A model generated the notes under the pieces. The model searched no databases, was not told the DNA's origin, and saw only the letters and a list, made by a program, of their open reading frames with translations. From assembly GCA_015233495.1 (NCBI GenBank), contig JADFXQ010000001.1, positions 68,045-132,044 on the forward strand: a stretch of 64,000 nt of DNA, in the 5' to 3' direction. Below, one piece after another: positions 58,646 through 64,000 of the stretch; positions within the stretch are counted from its first letter, which is position 1, and the number at the start of each line of letters is the position of its first letter. The translations under genes were made by a program, and so were the position numbers. The stretch is from Candidatus Omnitrophota bacterium. GTDB lineage: Bacteria > Omnitrophota > Gorgyraeia > Zapsychrales > Zapsychraceae.

Positions 58646-59415
58646 GGATATATTTTGGAAGGATAACCCAATGACTTTATCTGTTCTTGCGCCTGCCGCG
58701 CCTCATTTAAAGTCGAAAATTTACCGACGCGGACCCGGAAATATCTTTTGCCGTTATCTGCCATCTCGGATATATAGGGCTTCAAATTTTTCGACTTCAT
58801 TTCGGAAAGCAATTGTTCCGACCGCGCCCGCTCCGTGAATGACCCGCTCTGGATAGAGAAAAACGGCTCTTCTTTCAGCAATTCGGCGGCATATTCCGAT
58901 TCAAAACTTTTCGGAAAATCCAGAGTAATTTTGCTCAGCAAAACCCGGCCATCCTCCCAACGTCCCAATTTTAAATCAATCCGCGCTTTTCTGTAAAAAT
59001 ATAAACTCAAAGCGTCGGATTGCGGATGAGCCGCCAAACATTTCTCAATTCCCGCCAAAGCCGCTTCGTATTTTTCCTCGGAATAATTTAGATCCACCAT
59101 TGCCAAGTCCACCTGTTCCCTTAACAAAGCATCCTTAACTTCAGAGTCCAAAGCCTGCAGCACGGCGGAAGCTTTCGCGTTTTCACCAGCGCGCAGGTAA
59201 ATCAAACCCAGATAATAACGTCCGCGCCAAATATTCAAATCCTGACTTTGCGCCGCCAAAAGCGGTTCTGCCAAAATCCGCACTTCTTTATCATCTTGAC
59301 GGATAAACGCGCTCTCGATTTGAGATAAATCCGCGGCAGAAAATCCGCAGCAGAACAACCAAACGTTTAACAGGCCAAGTCCCGCAAATAATAAACGCAT
59401 ATTCATCCTTTCCAA
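58642..59415 (-). CDS. TPR + SPOR domain protein
   Basis: Signal peptide, TPR helices, FSIQSGSF...YFRVRVGKF SPOR. Confidence 0.85.
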   Translation of the reverse strand: MERMNMRLLFAGLGLLNVWLFCCGFSAADLSQIESAFIRQDDKEVRILAEPLLAAQSQDLNIWRGRYYLGLIYLRAGENAKASAVLQALDSEVKDALLREQVDLAMVDLNYSEEKYEAALAGIEKCLAAHPQSDALSLYFYRKARIDLKLGRWEDGRVLLSKITLDFPKSFESEYAAELLKEEPFFSIQSGSFTERARSEQLLSEMKSKNLKPYISEMADNGKRYFRVRVGKFSTLNEARQAQEQIKSLGYPSKIYP

Positions 59416-59825
59416 AGCATCAACCCTGTCCTCGGGTCAATCTCCCGTTGTAAAATTCCCCCGGTTAATTCTTCAATAAAATATTCCGCGGCAAAAATGA
59501 CCGAACCCGGCATCAAATGCCCGGCGTAACAATGCCCTTGAAGATCCGCGAACGTAACGTGGGCGTGCACAAAAATTTCGCCGTCCTTCAAAGAAACATT
59601 GGCAAGACAGGACGCGATTTCCAATTTTTTTTCCAATTCCACGCAATAAATATACTTCTGATTCACCTGATCATAATACCCCAGCCGCCCCCGCGTTACC
59701 GCTCCGATAACCTGCGCCGTTCCTAACCGAATATTTTCCAGCCGGCAAAACCGGTTCAACTCCTCCAGCAAATCCGTTTCCGCCTCAAACCGCCCGATAA
59801 ATGCTCGTCCACGTTTCACTTCCAT
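59403..59825 (-). CDS. PPC/DUF296 domain protein
   Basis: IGAV, LEIASCLANVS, FVHAHVTFAD, AGHL. Confidence 0.9.
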   Translation of the reverse strand: MEVKRGRAFIGRFEAETDLLEELNRFCRLENIRLGTAQVIGAVTRGRLGYYDQVNQKYIYCVELEKKLEIASCLANVSLKDGEIFVHAHVTFADLQGHCYAGHLMPGSVIFAAEYFIEELTGGILQREIDPRTGLMLWKG

Positions 59826-59964
59826 AAATTTACTCGTTTCTTCATACGTCCCTGACGCAAGCCCAATGCAGGTGTGTCGTAGTTTTTTCTTACCACTGTC
59901 CTATCCTATAGCAAAACCGCGCGCCTTTAAACAGCCACAATACATCAATCTCCACCGAAGCTTT

Positions 59965-60939
59965 TCACGAATGAAAAATCTTTCCATTCAAATAATCTTC
60001 AATGATCTGTTTATGATCAAACGCGTACTCCAACCGCAGCAAATCATCTCTGGCAACGACCCGCAAGGCCTTGGCATCATCGCCGGAAGCCGGCGTTCCT
60101 TTCCCTGCGCCCACAAACACCGTGCTCACCGTATGAAACCGCGGGTCGCGCCCCGGGTCCGAATAAATATGCAACTGCCGAAAATCAACAAAATCCAAAT
60201 GTGTCTCTTCCTTAACTTCGCGGCAAACCGCTTGTTCCAAACTTTCTCCATAATCCACAAACCCGCCGGGTAAAGCAAAACCAAATGGCGGATTCGAACG
60301 TTCGATCACCACAATGCCTTGCGGCATCTCAATAATCGCGTCCACCGTGACATAAGGTCCGTCACCCAGCGTGTCTTGAATATGCGTGACATAACCGGCA
60401 ACTGTGGTCATAAACGTCTCATACGCGGCGGCGTCGTAAAGGCAAAATACAACCTCCTTTAAACCCGGGTTAGCCCGCGCATCTTGCCTCCTTTGAACCC
60501 ATCCGGCCTGTTTAGCGTATTTCATCACCTCCTGCGCCATGATTTTTGCCGCGCCAACCAAAGAAAATTTTCCCACGCCGCACCCCAAAGCGGGAAAAGC
60601 GAGAGATTGAATCCCCAGCTCATCTGCCAATGCTAAAGAGCTCGCGCAAGACCGGCGGATTTTATGTTCATCCGTATGAAAATCCATGCCCATAGTAGCG
60701 GCGTGAATCACAAAACGCGCCGGAAGTTTACCCGCATTAGTCCAAACCGCCTCGCCGATTTCAACCGGACCTTTTTTCATCGCCTCCGTCTCAATCTGAG
60801 CGCCGCCTTTTTTGCGAATAACACCTGCCACGCCGCCGCCCATTTCAAAACGGTTGTTCGCTGGATTCACAATCGCGTCAACAGATAATTCCGTTATATC
60901 GCCGCAAATAATTTTTAATTCCATATTTTTAATTTTCAC
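59965..60939 (-). CDS. Macro domain-NUDIX hydrolase fusion
   Basis: GDITELSVDAIVNPAN...GGGVAG, AFPALGCGVG, and Nudix box GGFVDYGESLEQAVCREVKEET. Confidence 0.9.
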   Translation of the reverse strand: MKIKNMELKIICGDITELSVDAIVNPANNRFEMGGGVAGVIRKKGGAQIETEAMKKGPVEIGEAVWTNAGKLPARFVIHAATMGMDFHTDEHKIRRSCASSLALADELGIQSLAFPALGCGVGKFSLVGAAKIMAQEVMKYAKQAGWVQRRQDARANPGLKEVVFCLYDAAAYETFMTTVAGYVTHIQDTLGDGPYVTVDAIIEMPQGIVVIERSNPPFGFALPGGFVDYGESLEQAVCREVKEETHLDFVDFRQLHIYSDPGRDPRFHTVSTVFVGAGKGTPASGDDAKALRVVARDDLLRLEYAFDHKQIIEDYLNGKIFHS

Positions 60940-62413
60940 GCTTGCCCCTCCCTCTCCCCATATTCCGGCCCCTCAACTTTTCCGCAATCCCCTTTGCCAC
61001 CGCCAGCGCCTCATCCTTTGTCTTAATCTTTCCCAAGGCTTGTTGTTCTTCGACCGCGCTTAATATTCTAGCGAACAAAGGCGACGGTGTCAGCCGCAAT
61101 CCACGGATCAAATCGTCCCCGTTAATCAAGCGGACAAAGGGCTTCTCCCGCAGTTTCGCGAAATACTGTTCTAAAACCTGTTCGCAGATGCGGGTATGAT
61201 GCGCTGCGTCTTTTTTGGTAGTCAACGGTCCGGCAGTGGCCGCTTGATCCGCCATCGCCAGAATCAATACCGCCGGCGCCAATTCCCCGGCGTCCCGCAT
61301 AAAACGGTACACGGCACGGGAGGTCGGCTGGCGAAAATTCGCCAAATAACCGGGCCGCAGATGGAGCAAAACCAGATTTTCTAAACTGTGCCTCTCTGGA
61401 ACTGAAAGCTTGAGTTGTTTCGCCACATAACGGCAAACGCGCTTCCCGGCATGCTCATGGCTATGAAACGTGAAGCGGCCTTCCTCAAAACGCCGGGTTT
61501 CCGGCTTGCCAATATCATGTAAAAGCAAGGCCAGACGAATCAAGGCCAGACGGGAATGATTCGCGGCCACCGGGGTTTCTAAATAAACAGCGACGTCCGG
61601 ATTCTGGCTAACCCGGTTTAAAATATTTTCCAATTGACGGACTGACTCCAAAGTATGCTTCCACACGTCAAGATGATGATACCCGCCTTGCGCGCATTTA
61701 CCCATAACCGTGATTTGCGGGATGATCTTGGCCAACAATCCGGCGCGGTCCATTTCCGTTAAAACAGCCGCGGCGCGCGGCGACGCCAAAATTTTGAATA
61801 GCTCATCCCGGACGCGTTCCATAGAAACCGCGCGGATCAAATCCGCGTCGACACGGATCCGGGCCAGCGTGGTTCTTTCGATCTTAAAACCAACCGCCGC
61901 CCGCAAACTGAAGGCCCGCAGCATACGCAAAGGATCTTCCCGCATCGCCGCAGCAGAAACCATGCGGATCGTTTTCAATTTTAAATCGCGGAGGCCTTGT
62001 TGCTGATCTTGAATCAAAAGCGGCAAAGAATTTTTGCCGGCTATCTTGAGCAAATCCACTGCCAGGGTGTTGATCGTAAAATCCCGATGCGCCAAATCGC
62101 CCCGCAGGGTTTTGGCGCGGTAGTCCGCAAAATCAAACGTGGTAATTTTGCCGTCGATTTTTTTGACTACCCGGCCGCAGCCGTGTTCAACGTCTAAAAG
62201 CACAAACGCCCCCCGGATCTGCTTCGCGAATTTTTCCGCCAAAGCGACTGCTCCGGTCTGAACGGCGAAATCAAAATCCCGCGACTCCCGTCCCAATAAA
62301 TAATCCCGCAGAAAACCGCCGATCAAAAACACCCCGGCAGGTTTTTGCGAATCCCCCGAAACAAGCGCCTGTAAATTTTCTAAGTAAGGAATATGTGATG
62401 CTGGATATTTCAT
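60929..62413 (-). CDS. tRNA nucleotidyltransferase/poly(A) polymerase family protein with HD domain
   Basis: GGFLRD, DFDF, DLAHRDFTIN, EDPLRMLR, ERVRDE, LLHDIGK. Confidence 0.92.
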   Translation of the reverse strand: MKYPASHIPYLENLQALVSGDSQKPAGVFLIGGFLRDYLLGRESRDFDFAVQTGAVALAEKFAKQIRGAFVLLDVEHGCGRVVKKIDGKITTFDFADYRAKTLRGDLAHRDFTINTLAVDLLKIAGKNSLPLLIQDQQQGLRDLKLKTIRMVSAAAMREDPLRMLRAFSLRAAVGFKIERTTLARIRVDADLIRAVSMERVRDELFKILASPRAAAVLTEMDRAGLLAKIIPQITVMGKCAQGGYHHLDVWKHTLESVRQLENILNRVSQNPDVAVYLETPVAANHSRLALIRLALLLHDIGKPETRRFEEGRFTFHSHEHAGKRVCRYVAKQLKLSVPERHSLENLVLLHLRPGYLANFRQPTSRAVYRFMRDAGELAPAVLILAMADQAATAGPLTTKKDAAHHTRICEQVLEQYFAKLREKPFVRLINGDDLIRGLRLTPSPLFARILSAVEEQQALGKIKTKDEALAVAKGIAEKLRGRNMGRGRGKREN

Positions 62414-62555
62414 GACATGAATATGACCGGATTTGCTTGCCCGCAGAATATTATAGCGTTAAAATTTCCGCCGCCGCAACCCAATAAGCAGACTCTTGTG
62501 TTTCCCAATGATTATAACAGCGCTGAAGATAGATGCCCCTGGAATATGCCGCCGA

Positions 62556-62957
62556 CTATTTAAAGACCACCGCGTGCTGCATGACGTCATCATCAACGAA
62601 AATAGGCGCCTCGGTCCGGACCGCCAAGGCAATGCCATCGGAAGGGCGGCAGTCGATAATCTTAGTGATGCCGTCTTTAAGCCGCAGATAAATCTTCGCG
62701 TGAAATGTATTTTCAATCATTTTGTCAATAACTAAGCTTTCCATTTGGGCATCGACCGTTTTGATCATCGTCAAGATCAAGTCATGAGTGAGCGGACGCG
62801 AAGCCGCGACACCGGCGATCCGCATCTGAATGCTGGAGGCTTCCAAAAATCCGATCACGATTGGGAACTGGCGGTCTCCCGCCTTTTCTTTTAAAACAAT
62901 GATCTGATCTTGGCGTTTTTCATCAATTATGATCTTGCTCAGCTCTACAGCAACCAT
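62556..62957 (-). CDS. Bifunctional nuclease family (DUF151)
   Basis: PIVIGFLEA, RPLTHDL, DCRPSDGIALA. Confidence 0.92.
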   Translation of the reverse strand: MVAVELSKIIIDEKRQDQIIVLKEKAGDRQFPIVIGFLEASSIQMRIAGVAASRPLTHDLILTMIKTVDAQMESLVIDKMIENTFHAKIYLRLKDGITKIIDCRPSDGIALAVRTEAPIFVDDDVMQHAVVFK

Positions 62958-62958
62958 A

Positions 62959-63414
62959 TTATTTTTCTTTATCCAAGATGACTTTCAATTCCTTCATAAA
63001 CTGATTAACGTCTTTAAACTGACGATAGACGGAAGCGAACCGCACATAGGCGACCTCGTCCAAATTGGCCAATTTTTCCATGATCATTTCGCCGATTTCT
63101 TTTGACGCCACATCCCGGTCGAATTTTTTCTGTACCGCGCGTTCCACTTCCAAGGCGACCTCTTCTACCTTGTCCATAATCGGCCGTTTTTCGCAAGCCT
63201 TGATCAAACCGTTGATAATTTTCTTGCGGTCAAACAACTGCCTCTGGCCGTCGCGTTTCACCACCATGAGAGGGACCTGCTCCACATATTCATACGTGGT
63301 AAACCTTTTGCCGCATTCCAGACACTCCCGCCGGCGGCGGATCGACCCGCCGTCCGCGCTTTCCCGGGAATCAATGACTTTAGTATCTAAGTGGCCGCAC
63401 GAGGGACATTTCAT
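62959..63414 (-). CDS. nrdR: Transcriptional repressor NrdR
   Basis: [34 protein letters not shown]. Confidence 0.98.
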   Translation of the reverse strand: MKCPSCGHLDTKVIDSRESADGGSIRRRRECLECGKRFTTYEYVEQVPLMVVKRDGQRQLFDRKKIINGLIKACEKRPIMDKVEEVALEVERAVQKKFDRDVASKEIGEMIMEKLANLDEVAYVRFASVYRQFKDVNQFMKELKVILDKEK

Positions 63415-64000
63415 ATATAAATCGGAAAAGCGCGGGTCAAAGCTTCCACTGCCTGCCGGACTTCCGCTAATTTTGCTTCCTCATTTCGCAACACCACCGT
63501 CCGGTCAATCAATCCGGCAATCTGGCGCATTTGCTCTTCTTTCATGCCCCGCGTGGTCACTGCCGGCGTGCCGATACGAATTCCGCTGGTAACGGTCGGC
63601 GGCTGCGGGTCAAAGGGAATTAAATTTTTATTCACCGTAATCCGCACGCGATCCAGCAGATGGGTGATCTCTTTTCCGGTGATATTTTTGGAACGCAAAT
63701 CAACCATAAACAAATGATTATCTGTGCCGCCGGAAACAATGCGATACCCCAAACGGATCATTTGATCCGCGAACGTCTGGGCATTGGCCACAATTTGGCG
63801 TTGATATTTTTTAAAATCATCGCGCAAAGCCTCCTGAAATGCCACCGCCTTGGCCGCGATCACGTGCATCAAAGGGCCGCCTTGGATCCCGGGAAAAATC
63901 CGGGAGTCGATTTTTTTCGCGAATTCTGCCCGGCAGAGAATCATCCCGCCGCGCGGCCCGCGCAGAGTCTTATGCGTGGTTGTAGTCACAAATTCCGCGT
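63411..64000 (-). CDS. glyA: Serine hydroxymethyltransferase (5' end outside window)
   Basis: [37 protein letters not shown]. Confidence 0.97.
   Translation of the reverse strand, partial: AEFVTTTTHKTLRGPRGGMILCRAEFAKKIDSRIFPGIQGGPLMHVIAAKAVAFQEALRDDFKKYQRQIVANAQTFADQMIRLGYRIVSGGTDNHLFMVDLRSKNITGKEITHLLDRVRITVNKNLIPFDPQPPTVTSGIRIGTPAVTTRGMKEEQMRQIAGLIDRTVVLRNEEAKLAEVRQAVEALTRAFPIYI

Noticed and set aside
59911-59928. sigma-54 promoter reading of GGCGCGCGGTTTTGC
   Set aside because: GG-to-GC spacing is 11 nt rather than the required 10.

Overview
This is a bacterial chromosomal segment with almost all genes on the minus strand. It comes from a diderm (LptD, AsmA, MipA, secretin-like genes). 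A Candidatus Omnitrophota-like origin is inferred from the signal-peptide modular proteins and is not proven. The backbone is housekeeping: two nucleotide-sugar/cell-envelope clusters, murI-queDCEF-rph, rdgB, accD, hrcA-grpE-dnaK-dnaJ and clpB with CIRCE operators, hflX, miaA, a CCA-type nucleotidyltransferase, nrdR and glyA. Three intact type II TA pairs and one TA relic are interspersed. The top candidate for a new system is a pair of paralogous secreted proteins (11142-13394 and 54642-57472). Both have a conserved ~350-aa N-terminal domain ending YFSGG and a short C-terminal GGI(D/N) module, and they bracket different normally cytoplasmic enzymatic cargoes (a histidine phosphatase and a histidine-kinase ATPase). 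Each sits in an islet that splits a normally adjacent gene pair (rph/rdgB, miaA/hflX), and the second is frameshifted at a G8 tract. Also found: five copies of a ~115-140 bp intergenic element with GACACA(A/G) heptamer inverted ends placed right after stop codons, several large hairpin elements, a 22-bp-periodic repeat, a ColD-type His-for-Lys sugar dehydratase, and a DnaK resembling archaeal (Thermoplasmatales-type) sequences. No rRNA, tRNA, CRISPR array or transposase was recognised.
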